This document shows positions 49,617-59,600 of a stretch of DNA of 64,000 nucleotides, piece after piece; position 1 is the first letter of the stretch; every line of letters starts with the position of its first letter. The stretch comes from Patescibacteria group bacterium. Its GTDB lineage: Bacteria > Patescibacteriota > Patescibacteriia > UBA1558 > GWA2-36-10. The notes under the pieces were generated by a model. That model was not told where the DNA came from, did no database searches, and was given only the letters and a program-made list of their open reading frames with translations. A program made the position numbers and the translations under genes. The stretch covers positions 314,309 to 378,308 of the forward strand of contig JBAZKN010000001.1 of NCBI GenBank assembly GCA_041650755.1, read 5' to 3'.

Positions 49617-50534
49617 TTAATTTTGCAAAGCTGCACTGCCAGCAGCAATTTCAGCCAACTCGGCAGTGATGCCGGCTTGGCGTGATTGATTGAAGGCTAA
49701 GGTCAAAAAATCTATCATGTCAGCCGCCGCATCAGAGGCATTACGCATAGCCAACATACGAGCAGAGTGCTCTGAGGCCTCGCTTTCCAAAACAGCCTGA
49801 TAGATCTGGACTTCCACCAAACGAGGCAAAAAAGCCATCAGCACTTCTGCGGTATTTGGCTCGAATAAAAACTCGGAAAAACTATCTACATTGATTTTAT
49901 CTTGATTGGCCATCTTTTCATGACTGATGTGCCCTAAGCGCTCATCCACCTGCGGCACGATTGGCAAAAGCTGCTTGAGGTGCGGTACCTGGCGCAAAGA
50001 AGAAACAAAATCAGTATAAGCAATAAAAATACGGTCATAATTTTTATCTAGAAATTCTTTGGTCACCAAATGGGCCATAGAGCGAATATCGGTAATATTT
50101 TGCGTAATATCAGTTTTGGGAAAATCGGCTATTAATTTTAAACCGCGTCGCTGGCTCTCTAGCCGACCGCGCGAACCAAAGGTAATAATCTCAGTAGCGG
50201 CCTCCGGATGATGCAATTTCATGGAAAGCAAGACTTTATTTACCAGCTGCAAATTAAAACTGCCACACAAACCACGGTTGGAGCTCACTAAAATAATGCC
50301 CGCCTTATTTACCTGCTCTCTGTTTTCAAAAAATGGATGCTCGTTCTTATCGACTTTGCCGGCTAAATGCAAAACTGTCTGCCAAACCAAATCAGAATAG
50401 CTTCTAGTGGCTAAAACTTTTTTGACCGCCTTGCGCATCTTGGCCGCCGCTACCAGCTCCATAGCTTTGGTAATCTTGCGGGTGGAGCGCACTGAGCGAA
50501 TCCTTCTTTGAATATCTCGAGTTGCTTGCGCCAT
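49617..50534 (-). CDS. atpG: ATP synthase F1 gamma subunit
   Basis: 305 aa. N- and C-terminal coiled-coil helices typical of the gamma subunit. Confidence 0.9.
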   Translation of the reverse strand: MAQATRDIQRRIRSVRSTRKITKAMELVAAAKMRKAVKKVLATRSYSDLVWQTVLHLAGKVDKNEHPFFENREQVNKAGIILVSSNRGLCGSFNLQLVNKVLLSMKLHHPEAATEIITFGSRGRLESQRRGLKLIADFPKTDITQNITDIRSMAHLVTKEFLDKNYDRIFIAYTDFVSSLRQVPHLKQLLPIVPQVDERLGHISHEKMANQDKINVDSFSEFLFEPNTAEVLMAFLPRLVEVQIYQAVLESEASEHSARMLAMRNASDAAADMIDFLTLAFNQSRQAGITAELAEIAAGSAALQN

Positions 50535-50543
50535 ACTTATGTA

Positions 50544-52067
50544 TTATTTTTCTGCCTTGGTTTCTAAATCGACCAACTCTTGAACTATGTTTTTTAATTT
50601 TTCTTCGCGCTCTTCCGTCAGCTGACCATCCTGTTCTAAGCCCTCAAGCCACTCCGGCACCTGAACCTCAAGTTGCTGATAAAGTTTATTTTCAAAATCA
50701 CCGACTTGTGCAACTGGTATTTTATCCAAATAGCCATTAGTGGCGGCATAAAGGATTGCCACCTGTTTTGCTTGCGGCAAAGTAGCATATTGGGCTTGTT
50801 TTAAAATTTCTGTCACTCTAGCGCCACGATTTAATTGTTGTTTGGTCGCCTCATCCAAATCTGAACCGAATTGAGCAAAGGCCTCCAGCTCTCTAAACTG
50901 CGCCAAATCTAGCTTCAAACGGCCGGCTACTTTTTTCATGGCCTTAATCTGGGCTGCCGAGCCTACCCGGGAAACCGACAAGCCAGAATTAAGAGCTGGC
51001 CTGATGCCTTTATAAAATAAATCTGTTTCCAAAAATATCTGGCCGTCAGTAATAGAAATTACGTTGGTTGGAATATAAGCGGAAATATCACCAGCCTGGG
51101 TTTCAATGATTGGCAGAGCTGTCAATGAGCCGCCACCAAAATCTGCTGACATTTTAGCGGCTCGTTCCAAAAGACGAGAGTGCAAATAAAACACGTCTCC
51201 TGGATATGCTTCTCTGCCTGGCGGTCGACGCAAAAGCAAGGAAATTTGCCGATAAGCCACAGCGTGTTTGGATAAATCATCATAAACCACCAAAACATCT
51301 TTGCCTTTATCCATAAAATATTCTCCCATAGCACAGCCGGCATAAGGAGCAATATATGATAAAGAGGCTGATTGGGAAGCGCCAGCCAAAACCACAGTGG
51401 TATATTCTAGCGCTCCTTTTTCTTCCAATTTAGCTACAATTTTGGCTACTTTTGATTCTTTCTGGCCAATAGCTACATAAATACAAATAACATTTTTGCC
51501 TTTTTGGTTGATAATAGTATCAATAGCAATAGCGGTCTTGCCGGTCTGACGATCGCCGATAATCAATTCGCGTTGGCCTTTACCAATTGGAATAATAGCA
51601 TCAATGACTTTGATGCCGGTTTGCAATGGTTGGATAACGGATTGGCGGGTAATAACACCGGGGGCTATCTTTTCTACGGGATAAAAGTCTTTGGTCTTAA
51701 TTGCGCCTTTGCCATCCAGCGGCTCACCCAAAGGACTGACCACACGACCAATCACCGCTTCACCCACTGGCACCTGTAAAATTCGTTTAGTGCCCCTGAC
51801 TTTATCGCCGGACTGTAAATTGTGATGATCGCCCAAAATAATAGCACCCACCATGGACTCTTCTAAATTTAAGACTACGCCATAAACTTTTTCACCCTCT
51901 TGAGTACTAAACTCCAACATTTCTGAAGACATGGCATCGGATAAACCAGCGACCTTGGCAATACCGTCGCCCACCTCAACAACCTCGCCGATAGTTTCTT
52001 CTTTTAGCTCGGCTTGCCAGTCGTTTAATTTTTTCTCTAAACTTTTGACCAAATAATCGTGTGACAT
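50544..52067 (-). CDS. atpA: ATP synthase F1 alpha subunit
   Basis: 507 aa. Walker A GDRQTGKT. Confidence 0.95.
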   Translation of the reverse strand: MSHDYLVKSLEKKLNDWQAELKEETIGEVVEVGDGIAKVAGLSDAMSSEMLEFSTQEGEKVYGVVLNLEESMVGAIILGDHHNLQSGDKVRGTKRILQVPVGEAVIGRVVSPLGEPLDGKGAIKTKDFYPVEKIAPGVITRQSVIQPLQTGIKVIDAIIPIGKGQRELIIGDRQTGKTAIAIDTIINQKGKNVICIYVAIGQKESKVAKIVAKLEEKGALEYTTVVLAGASQSASLSYIAPYAGCAMGEYFMDKGKDVLVVYDDLSKHAVAYRQISLLLRRPPGREAYPGDVFYLHSRLLERAAKMSADFGGGSLTALPIIETQAGDISAYIPTNVISITDGQIFLETDLFYKGIRPALNSGLSVSRVGSAAQIKAMKKVAGRLKLDLAQFRELEAFAQFGSDLDEATKQQLNRGARVTEILKQAQYATLPQAKQVAILYAATNGYLDKIPVAQVGDFENKLYQQLEVQVPEWLEGLEQDGQLTEEREEKLKNIVQELVDLETKAEK

Positions 52068-52161
52068 ATATTTTTTGCTTATTTCTTATGGCCTATAGCG
52101 CGTGACGCACAGCTTATGATCTAATTGGGATCATCGACCATGGGCTATCTGCTATCTGCTA
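52068..52161 (-). repeat. roughly 100-nt structured leader element, copy B (abuts the atpA start codon)
   Basis: Homologous over its full length to 33705-33806. Both copies start immediately 5' of an ATG with no ribosome-binding site. Confidence 0.55.
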
Positions 52162-52566
52162 TTAGCTAACTAGATGTTCTGCTAAATTAGCTAATTTATT
52201 TTTTAAAGATAAATCCAAAACTTTATCATCATAATTTAAAATCGCTCCCCCTAATAAATCATGATCTATACCAGTTTCCAAAATAACTTTCTTGCCGCTC
52301 AATCGGGACACAATATCAGCCAAATCACCAGCCTCCGCTGCATCAAGCTGATGAGCGCTAAACAAATTTACTTTGATAATATTTTGCCGGCTGTTTTCTA
52401 TGACCTCCAATTCTCTGATAACCTCTGATAAATACGGCCACCAATGCTTTTGAGTCAACAATTTTTCAAAATTAGCCAAAACCAAATCTATCTGCTGCTG
52501 ACTCTTTTTTTGGCAAGCGCGATCCAGGGCTTGAGCTAAAATTTTTGCCGTTTTATTATCTTTCAT
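52162..52566 (-). CDS. atpH: ATP synthase F1 delta subunit (short form)
   Basis: 134 aa helical protein, placed between atpF and atpA. Overlaps atpF by 11 nt. Confidence 0.7.
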   Translation of the reverse strand: MKDNKTAKILAQALDRACQKKSQQQIDLVLANFEKLLTQKHWWPYLSEVIRELEVIENSRQNIIKVNLFSAHQLDAAEAGDLADIVSRLSGKKVILETGIDHDLLGGAILNYDDKVLDLSLKNKLANLAEHLVS

Positions 52567-53059
52567 TTTTCAGCTCTTTAATAACAGCCTGCAAATACTT
52601 TTTATCTAAATCCTTGGTCAAACCTTTGCTTAATACTTTTTCCAAGGATAAAACCAGGATATCAGCCAACTCATGTTTAGCTGCTTGCAAGGTGGTGTTT
52701 TTCTCCGCTTCAATCTGTTGTTTGGCTTTATTGATCAAATTCTCGACTTCCAACTTGGTCTTGTTGATGGCGGACTGACGACTAGCCTCGGCCTGGCTCT
52801 GTGCTTTTTCCAAAATTGCCAAAGCTTCTTGTTTGGCTTCTTGAAGCTTGTGCTTGGCCTCCTGCTCTACATCACGCAGGCGTTCGGTTGCCCTTTGAGC
52901 ATCGCTTAAGCCTTTGGCTATTTCCTCGTTTCTTCGGCCCATAGTCCCCAGTAATGGTTTTAAGGCAAACCACCACAAGACTGCGGCCACAATAGCAAAA
53001 TTTACCAGCTGGGCTAGCATGAGTTTCCAATCTACTCCAAATAATTGTAATATTTCCAT
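52556..53059 (-). CDS. atpF: ATP synthase Fo b subunit
   Basis: 167 aa. N-terminal transmembrane helix followed by a long charged coiled coil. Confidence 0.85.
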   Translation of the reverse strand: MEILQLFGVDWKLMLAQLVNFAIVAAVLWWFALKPLLGTMGRRNEEIAKGLSDAQRATERLRDVEQEAKHKLQEAKQEALAILEKAQSQAEASRQSAINKTKLEVENLINKAKQQIEAEKNTTLQAAKHELADILVLSLEKVLSKGLTKDLDKKYLQAVIKELKNER

Positions 53060-53097
53060 ATAAATTCCTTAGTCCTGATTTGTATAATGACGATCGT

Positions 53098-53219
53098 GCG
53101 GCTCGCTAACCTTAGTGTCATCCCGGACTTGATCCGGGATCTACTAATAATTTGCCGTTGGTATGATAATTGTAGATTCCCGCTTTCGCGGGAATGACAG
53201 TGTGGGGCTAGCGAGCCGC
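53098..53219. repeat. 122-nt GC-rich imperfect palindrome (MITE-like or long RNA hairpin) between atpE and atpF
   Basis: 11-bp perfect outer inverted repeat gcggctcgcta (53098-53108) / tagcgagccgc (53209-53219). Each arm holds an 8-bp hairpin: atcccgga-cttga-tccgggat and attcccgc-tttc-gcgggaat. The arms are mutually homologous in opposite orientation. Confidence 0.6.
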
Positions 53220-53247
53220 TCCAAGTATACAAAACAGTCAAAAAAAT

Positions 53248-53517
<270 letters not shown>

Positions 53518-53608
53518 CTACTTTTATTTTAATTAATTATTTTGTTATTCTGAATTTATTTCAAAATCTCACCAAATGAGATCCTGAATCAAATTCAGGA
53601 TGACCACT

Positions 53609-54448
53609 CTAATGTTCTTCGCTATGCTCAGTAGAGGCAATGGTGAAATATACCAGAGTCAAAACTGAAAATATAAGGGCTTGGATAATACCGACAATAA
53701 TTTCTAAAAACATGAATGGCAGTGGCAAACCAAAGGCTAAAATAGCTGAAATTGAAGCTAGTAAAACTTCGCCAGCAAAAATATTGCCAAATAAACGAAA
53801 GGACAGGGAAGCCACTTTGGCAATCTCGCTGATTATCTCAATCAAACCGACAAAAAAGTTGATTGGATTAATCAGAGCTATGGTGGGCTCGTGCTTTATT
53901 TTCTTGGGAATTTCAAACAGGGCTTTGATATTGACAAATTTATTGAAATAATTCCAGCCGCCCACTACGATCACTCCAAAAATATTGGCTGCCAGCACCG
54001 CAAATAAGCCCAAAGCCAAAGTAGTGTTGAGGTCGGCTGTACCGCCACGCAAAAGAGGCAGGTGATTATAGGTAATAGAGCCAACGCCCGGCAAAAGCCC
54101 CAACCAATTATTAAATAAGACAAACAAAAAGATGGCAAAAACTAAAGGAAAAACACGCTTACTTTTTTCCCGATCATTGGTCACCATATCCATCATGCCA
54201 AAAGCTCCGTCAATCACTACCTCCATCAGACTCTGAAATTTTCCTGGCAAACGGCTATTTTTTATTCTGATCACCAAAGATAAAATAATAATCAAAACCA
54301 CTGCTAGCCATGAAGTCAGCAGTGAATTGGTTATGGGAAATTGTCCGATATGAAATATCGGCTCAGCGTAAAGTGTATGCTCTTCCCCATGTTCAGAGGA
54401 AGCATTGTCTATATTATGATTATTTATTTGATTGGTCTCTTGGCTCAT
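53609..54448 (-). CDS. atpB: ATP synthase Fo a subunit
   Basis: 279 aa polytopic membrane protein. Conserved Arg region in LSFRLFGNIFAGE. Confidence 0.9.
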   Translation of the reverse strand: MSQETNQINNHNIDNASSEHGEEHTLYAEPIFHIGQFPITNSLLTSWLAVVLIIILSLVIRIKNSRLPGKFQSLMEVVIDGAFGMMDMVTNDREKSKRVFPLVFAIFLFVLFNNWLGLLPGVGSITYNHLPLLRGGTADLNTTLALGLFAVLAANIFGVIVVGGWNYFNKFVNIKALFEIPKKIKHEPTIALINPINFFVGLIEIISEIAKVASLSFRLFGNIFAGEVLLASISAILAFGLPLPFMFLEIIVGIIQALIFSVLTLVYFTIASTEHSEEH

Positions 54449-54719
54449 GATTACTATTTTTCTCTTTTGATTGACTGGTATCTAATTGTCGCAAATATTT
54501 CTGACCCGTCTTGACTAGGCCTAAGCAAGATACAATAAAGGCTATAGCCGTTAAGACAAAAAAATACAAATGCCCGGAATTTTGTTTACCATCAAGATAA
54601 CGCCCAAGATACAAAGCGGCAATCACCGGAAAAGCAATCCAGCCGGTGCTTTCGGCAAACATTTTTAAACCCACCCCTAGCCAATAATTCTTATTTTTTG
54701 GCGGTTTGGCTTGATCCAT
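54420..54719 (-). CDS. AtpI/AtpZ-like small membrane protein preceding atpB
   Basis: 99 aa with 2 transmembrane helices. Overlaps the atpB start by 29 nt. Position typical of ATP synthase protein I. Confidence 0.45.
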   Translation of the reverse strand: MDQAKPPKNKNYWLGVGLKMFAESTGWIAFPVIAALYLGRYLDGKQNSGHLYFFVLTAIAFIVSCLGLVKTGQKYLRQLDTSQSKEKNSNHEPRDQSNK

Positions 54720-54796
54720 AAAATAATTAAAAAAATGAAAAAGTGCGGCTATATTTTAGCTTTTTTTATAATTAAAGTCAAGATTTCGGAGAAAAT

Positions 54797-54847
54797 AAAA
54801 AGGCTCCTGGCACCAACCTAGGTGATACCAAAAGCCTTTGCTATAAA
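54797..54847 (-). terminator. long imperfect hairpin plus T-run after the GC-rich hydrolase gene
   Basis: Stem aaaggct / agccttt enclosing an inner cacc..ggtg helix, followed on the minus strand by TTTTATTTT. Confidence 0.35.
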
Positions 54848-54854
54848 GGCGCGG

Positions 54855-56255
54855 TCAACGCACAATGCTCAATCGAGCCGTGGCCACCGTACCGCCAGTC
54901 TCCAGCCTAGCGAAATAGGCGCCAGATGCCAAATTGCGACCAGCCAAGTCGCAGCTGGTCCAATGCACTGTGTGCCAACCAGACACGTAGAGATCATCTG
55001 CCAGCCGGGTCACCAGACATCCTCTGACATCGAAAATACCAAGTCTGATGTGCCCTGCTTTGGGCAGATTGAAGCGAATAGTCGCTCGGGGATTACAAGG
55101 GTTGGGATAGCTCATGAGCGTCGGGTGCCCCGAAGATGCCTCAACCACCCCGGTCAACGACTGCTCTGCCTGCAAGGCACGCAGATGCGCATAGAATGCC
55201 CCGGCCATCTGGACATAAGCACTCTTGTTGGGATGGAGATAGTTGTTCGCCGGATAGCCGTTAATGCGATCCACGAACAAACCCGAAGCACAGAGGCTGA
55301 CATTGGGATGAAAAATCCCCTTGTCATAGTGCGACACCAGAGCCGCACGATAGATCGCCATGTTCTTCTCAAAGGCTTCCCAGTTATCAAGCGAACCGTA
55401 ATTATCCACCCAGGCGGCCTGTGAGATGTTGCCGCTTGACGGCAAACTGATCACTACCCGACAGTTGGGATATCCACGATCGGCTGACAACAGGGCGCTG
55501 CAAAAACCATCAATGCGCTGAAACCAAAGCGCCATGATAGACGGTGTCAATTCAGCTCCCAGCAAGGCATAGATACCATTATACCCGAGCTGCACTATGC
55601 AATATCCAATCGGACCAGCCTGACCGCTGACATTCGTGTAGTATTGAAAGTCGATCTTGCCATCCTGAACATTCCAGAAAGGGTTTGTGAAGTATGCTGT
55701 GCTGGGGCTGGTAAAGTTAACCCAGCACTTACCGCTGTACCCCTCATGGACGCCAGGCGCCAATCCATTAGTGCCCAACAGCTTTACTTGAGCGCCGCCG
55801 CTTTCTTCAAAATCAACCTTGATTGCCGTGACTATATAGGCGCTGTCTAGAGCTGCTGGGTGAGCCTCTACAAGTGAGTCACCGACCGTAAGAAGACTGG
55901 GCTGACCTTGGGCCGTATCAGTGACCACTCGAATATGAGTCGTGGCTGAAGCGACAGCTACATCGGTGCTGTCCTTGGCTACAATGGTGCAGGTGATGAC
56001 TGTTGGAGCATGGGCGGTAAACGAATACCCCCAATCGTAGAACGAGCCGCTATCAGCCAAACACGAGTAAACAATGCTGGCAGCGGCCGGCACTTGCGCT
56101 GAGAGCTGATCGTAATGAATGTCTACCGGCCGACCAACCAGTCCGTAAATCGTATCCGGCATGGTGATGACCGGCACATAGGCATCAGCCGCAGTCATAC
56201 GGACACTGCAAACCAAGACCACTACAGCGATCAAGAGGGTCCTGAAGTATCGCAT
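54855..56255 (-). CDS. GC-rich secreted protein: possible SGNH/GDSL-type hydrolase with a Por/T9SS-type C-terminal sorting domain
   Basis: 466 aa. Signal peptide. GDS block (LLTVGDSLVE). C-terminal 80 aa match the Por secretion tail pattern (YPNPCNPRATIRFNLP..IFDVRG..SGAYFARL). AAGGAG ribosome-binding site 6 nt before the ATG. TGA stop. Confidence 0.55.
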   Translation of the reverse strand: MRYFRTLLIAVVVLVCSVRMTAADAYVPVITMPDTIYGLVGRPVDIHYDQLSAQVPAAASIVYSCLADSGSFYDWGYSFTAHAPTVITCTIVAKDSTDVAVASATTHIRVVTDTAQGQPSLLTVGDSLVEAHPAALDSAYIVTAIKVDFEESGGAQVKLLGTNGLAPGVHEGYSGKCWVNFTSPSTAYFTNPFWNVQDGKIDFQYYTNVSGQAGPIGYCIVQLGYNGIYALLGAELTPSIMALWFQRIDGFCSALLSADRGYPNCRVVISLPSSGNISQAAWVDNYGSLDNWEAFEKNMAIYRAALVSHYDKGIFHPNVSLCASGLFVDRINGYPANNYLHPNKSAYVQMAGAFYAHLRALQAEQSLTGVVEASSGHPTLMSYPNPCNPRATIRFNLPKAGHIRLGIFDVRGCLVTRLADDLYVSGWHTVHWTSCDLAGRNLASGAYFARLETGGTVATARLSIVR

Positions 56256-56320
56256 GATCCACTCCTTTACTTTTCATGGTACGGTTATCACCTAGTACAT
56301 CAAGGTGACATTTCTCTAGC

Positions 56321-56349
56321 GTCATAACATATTTTGCCTGTCAAGTCAA
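56321..56349 (-). promoter_or_regulatory. candidate promoter of the GC-rich hydrolase gene
   Basis: TTGACT (56344-56349), 17-nt spacer, TATGAC (56321-56326), on the minus strand. Confidence 0.35.
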
Positions 56350-56350
56350 T

Positions 56351-56378
56351 AATAAAAAGCCCAGGTTACCCGGGCTAT
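56351..56378 (-). terminator. intrinsic terminator after rmuC
   Basis: Stem agcccgg / ctgggct (one G-U pair) with loop gtaac, followed on the minus strand by TTTTTATT. Confidence 0.5.
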
Positions 56379-56400
56379 TTTATCTATTTTATAAACAAAA

Positions 56401-57435
56401 CTATTCTAATCTAGGCCGCTCTATTTCCTCTAACTCGAGCTCTCCGCCTTTACCGCTGACTTTCAAAATATCTTTATCCAACTTCTTAAACTCGCGACTA
56501 GAAAAATTATAAGTATTGACCGCCGTACCCAGCTGGCTACCCAATTTATTATGATAATCAGCATAAGCAGCCATGTGTTTTTGTAATTTTTCTACATTGG
56601 CTCTGATCTCTTTGGCTGATTCCTCTATCTGCAAAGCTTTTAAGCCCTGTAAAACAGTCTGCAAATAAGCGGCAAAGGTGGTTGGCGAGACAATAATTAC
56701 TTTTTTTTCATTAAAGGCATAATCAATCAGATTGCGCGTATTGACTTTGACCGCGCCAACTTCATTGATCAGCAAATCATAATAAATGCCTTCAGCCGGA
56801 ATATACATAAAGGCAAAATCCAAAGTTTTTTCCTGCGGCCGGATATATTTAGCGGTTTCATCAATGCGTCTTTTTAAGTCATTCTTAAAGTCTTTTTCCA
56901 GCAGCTCTTTTTTTTCTTTGTTGGTCTCACTGATAATCCGCCGATAATTTTCCAAAGAAAACTTGGCATCAACCGGTAATAATTTGTCTTTAATTTTTAC
57001 CACAGCATCAACCGCCTCATTGTTTTTAAAACGATACTGCATCTGATAGCTTTGCGGTGGCAGAATATTACTCAAAATTAATTCTAGGCTGGCCTCTCCC
57101 AAAGAACCTCTAGTTTTGGAATTAGTCAAAACCTTTTCCAAATTTTGCAATTGATCAGTAAAGCCAACTACTTGCTTATTGGTCTCCTCTAGTTTCAAGA
57201 GCTTCTCTGTCATTTCTCTGGAAATCTTCGAAGTCTCCACAAACTGGTCCTGCAACATCTTGGCTGACTGATGGGTGGTGGCGTCTATTTTTTCATGCAG
57301 CTGTTTGGTCAAATCAGAAATTTGCTGCTGTAAAAGCAATAATGATTTTTCATCACTACTTTTCCGACCAGACAATAAAAGATAAATAACTACGATTAGG
57401 CCGATGATTAAAATTATCAGCAAAAATGTCTGCAT
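56401..57435 (-). CDS. rmuC: DNA recombination protein RmuC
   Basis: 344 aa. N-terminal transmembrane helix, long coiled coil, and a C-terminal RmuC nuclease-like domain (FAFMYIPAEGIYYD). Confidence 0.85.
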   Translation of the reverse strand: MQTFLLIILIIGLIVVIYLLLSGRKSSDEKSLLLLQQQISDLTKQLHEKIDATTHQSAKMLQDQFVETSKISREMTEKLLKLEETNKQVVGFTDQLQNLEKVLTNSKTRGSLGEASLELILSNILPPQSYQMQYRFKNNEAVDAVVKIKDKLLPVDAKFSLENYRRIISETNKEKKELLEKDFKNDLKRRIDETAKYIRPQEKTLDFAFMYIPAEGIYYDLLINEVGAVKVNTRNLIDYAFNEKKVIIVSPTTFAAYLQTVLQGLKALQIEESAKEIRANVEKLQKHMAAYADYHNKLGSQLGTAVNTYNFSSREFKKLDKDILKVSGKGGELELEEIERPRLE

Positions 57436-57441
57436 GGTATT

Positions 57442-58230
57442 TTAAGCTTGGGGATTATTGCCCTTTATGCTGACTAAGCTCTTATACATATTATAAGAAT
57501 AGGCCAAAAAGAATGGAGCAATGACCATAGATAATATATTGCTTATTTGAGAATAAATTTGCTCTCTTGTTCTGTCAGCTGGGTTGGGTGCAAAAATGCC
57601 CCCCAAGAAACCGAAAACAATCATTAAAATCAACATGGGTACCAAGTTTCGCCACAATACACCCCACCATCTGCCCTTGACCAAATATTTACTGCGCCGC
57701 ATAGCTGCCATATCTTTCAAGCCCTCATTGATAAAAACCCAGGCCACAAAACTATAATAAACCGACATGATAATGCCGGGTATAATTAGAAGCAGAGTCC
57801 ATAATAGTATAAAAACACCGGCTGTTAAGTTTGTGATGAAAAAATCCCAAATCATAGGCCGAGCAGCTTTGAATGTCTCCCAGATACCTTTATCGGGATA
57901 TTGATCCTTAACCATCAGATAAAGACCTACTTGGCTCGCCAAACTTACATAGATTACCACAATAATTGAGGCTAGGCCCAACAGACCAAAAATAATATAT
58001 AATATTACCGAAAATACCTGGCCCAAAGTGCCAGAAAAAGCTATTACTAAAGCGAACAGACCAATAACTATGCCCATTGGTATATAGCTAATAATGGGCA
58101 ATAGGCTCATGCCTACTAATTTTCCAAATTTTGTCTTATAAATCTGGAATGATAGACTAAAAAGCTCGCCCAGAGAAATAAATTTCTGCGTCGGCAAGGG
58201 ACTAGTCATTGGTGTCTGGTTTTCTTCCAT
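57442..58230 (-). CDS. hypothetical polytopic membrane protein
   Basis: 262 aa with about 6 predicted transmembrane helices. Family not recognised. Confidence 0.4.
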   Translation of the reverse strand: MEENQTPMTSPLPTQKFISLGELFSLSFQIYKTKFGKLVGMSLLPIISYIPMGIVIGLFALVIAFSGTLGQVFSVILYIIFGLLGLASIIVVIYVSLASQVGLYLMVKDQYPDKGIWETFKAARPMIWDFFITNLTAGVFILLWTLLLIIPGIIMSVYYSFVAWVFINEGLKDMAAMRRSKYLVKGRWWGVLWRNLVPMLILMIVFGFLGGIFAPNPADRTREQIYSQISNILSMVIAPFFLAYSYNMYKSLVSIKGNNPQA

Positions 58231-58254
58231 AATAATTATTTTTAATTTTATTAT

Positions 58255-59064
58255 CTATATATTAAATAATTTTTTAGCATTATCGCCTGTTATTTTAATA
58301 ATTTCCTCGGAATTTTTCCTTTTGATTTGGGCAATTTTTTCGGCCACATATTGTACGTAAAGTGGCTCATTGCGCTTGCCCCTAAATGGCACCGGTGTCA
58401 GCCAAGGACAATCTGTCTCTATCAAAATCCTTTCTTTGGGTATCCATTTTATAATGTCCTCCAAAACACCGCTTTTGTCAAATGTGATAATACCGTTAAA
58501 ACCAAGGTAAAAACCAAGATCGATAAACTTTTTGGCGCCAGCCAAATCACCCACATAACAATGAATCACTCCCCGATCAACGCCCTCCTCTTGCAAAACA
58601 TCATAAACATCATCGTAGGCTCTTGGTTCATCGGGGCTAAAACGGCAATGAATAATAAGCGGCAAATTATTTTCTTTGGCTAATCTGATATGCGCCTTGA
58701 AAATTAGCCTTTGTTTTTGTTTTATCGCCGCAATGGACTCTGCCCCTTTTTCTATGCTTTCTGACAAGTGCCAATAATCCAGACCCGTTTCACCGATGGC
58801 TACAATTTTATTCTTATTTTTATCGATTAGCGCTTGAAATTGTTTTTCGCTAAAGTCCTCATCATATATATGAATAGGGTGCAATGCCAGGGCAGCATAA
58901 AAATTCTGACCATCAGCCAGCTCTACTGCCTTTTGCGAAGTAGCCTGAGCCGCTCCGACATTGATTAGCTTCATGCCAGCCTGCTGACAGCGGGCCATCA
59001 CCGCCTGGCGATCTTCATCAAAGGCTTTAAAATTGAGATGGGCGTGAGTATCAATCAACATCAA
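58255..59064 (-). CDS. tatD: TatD-family metal-dependent DNase/hydrolase
   Basis: 269 aa. Begins MMLIDTHAHLNF. TIM-barrel amidohydrolase His/Glu/Asp ligands. Confidence 0.9.
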   Translation of the reverse strand: MMLIDTHAHLNFKAFDEDRQAVMARCQQAGMKLINVGAAQATSQKAVELADGQNFYAALALHPIHIYDEDFSEKQFQALIDKNKNKIVAIGETGLDYWHLSESIEKGAESIAAIKQKQRLIFKAHIRLAKENNLPLIIHCRFSPDEPRAYDDVYDVLQEEGVDRGVIHCYVGDLAGAKKFIDLGFYLGFNGIITFDKSGVLEDIIKWIPKERILIETDCPWLTPVPFRGKRNEPLYVQYVAEKIAQIKRKNSEEIIKITGDNAKKLFNI

Positions 59065-59570
59065 TTCAGTATAGATTTTATGTTTTTGATTGCTTCTGGC
59101 ATCAAAGGAACGACTACTACCGAAATATTTTTGGCGATTGGTGCCAAACTTGATTTGGCCACAGCATCGTTCACGGTATCGCTGATGGGGAACAAAGATA
59201 ATAGATAAACCACAGCACTAGCTACCAACATACCGCCAATCAAACCAACTACCGCGCCTAATAATTTATTGACCAAATCAATAAAAGGGATGATGTGGAA
59301 AACAGCATTGATCAGTTTGACCAACAGACCAATTATAATATTGACGAGAATGAAGATCAAAACAAAGGCAATTATATTGGCTAAATTGGCATTATCAATA
59401 TTTATAAATTGAGCTAGCCAGGCACTGACCAAAGACATAAAGCGACCGCCCAAAACAATGCCGACTATGATGCCGATAAATCCACCGATAGCGCCAATCA
59501 AGCCGGCTTGAAAACCTTTCCAAATAAAAATCAATAGAATAATAAGGAGGATAATGTCAAATAAGTTCAT
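59061..59570 (-). CDS. cvpA: CvpA-family membrane protein
   Basis: 169 aa with 4 transmembrane helices. N-terminus MNLFDIILLIILLIFIWKGF. Confidence 0.65.
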   Translation of the reverse strand: MNLFDIILLIILLIFIWKGFQAGLIGAIGGFIGIIVGIVLGGRFMSLVSAWLAQFINIDNANLANIIAFVLIFILVNIIIGLLVKLINAVFHIIPFIDLVNKLLGAVVGLIGGMLVASAVVYLLSLFPISDTVNDAVAKSSLAPIAKNISVVVVPLMPEAIKNIKSILN

Positions 59571-59600
59571 ATGTTTTTGTTAATTTATTTTTATGAATAA

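Noticed and set aside
53176-53195. Match to the Neisserial dRS3 repeat pattern ATTCCC-N8-GGGAAT
   Set aside because: Pattern-level resemblance only. The organism is unrelated, and the hairpin is one arm of a larger local palindrome. Treated as coincidence.
54822-55424. 200-aa plus-strand ORF inside the GC-rich hydrolase gene
   Set aside because: Antisense artefact of the GC-rich region.
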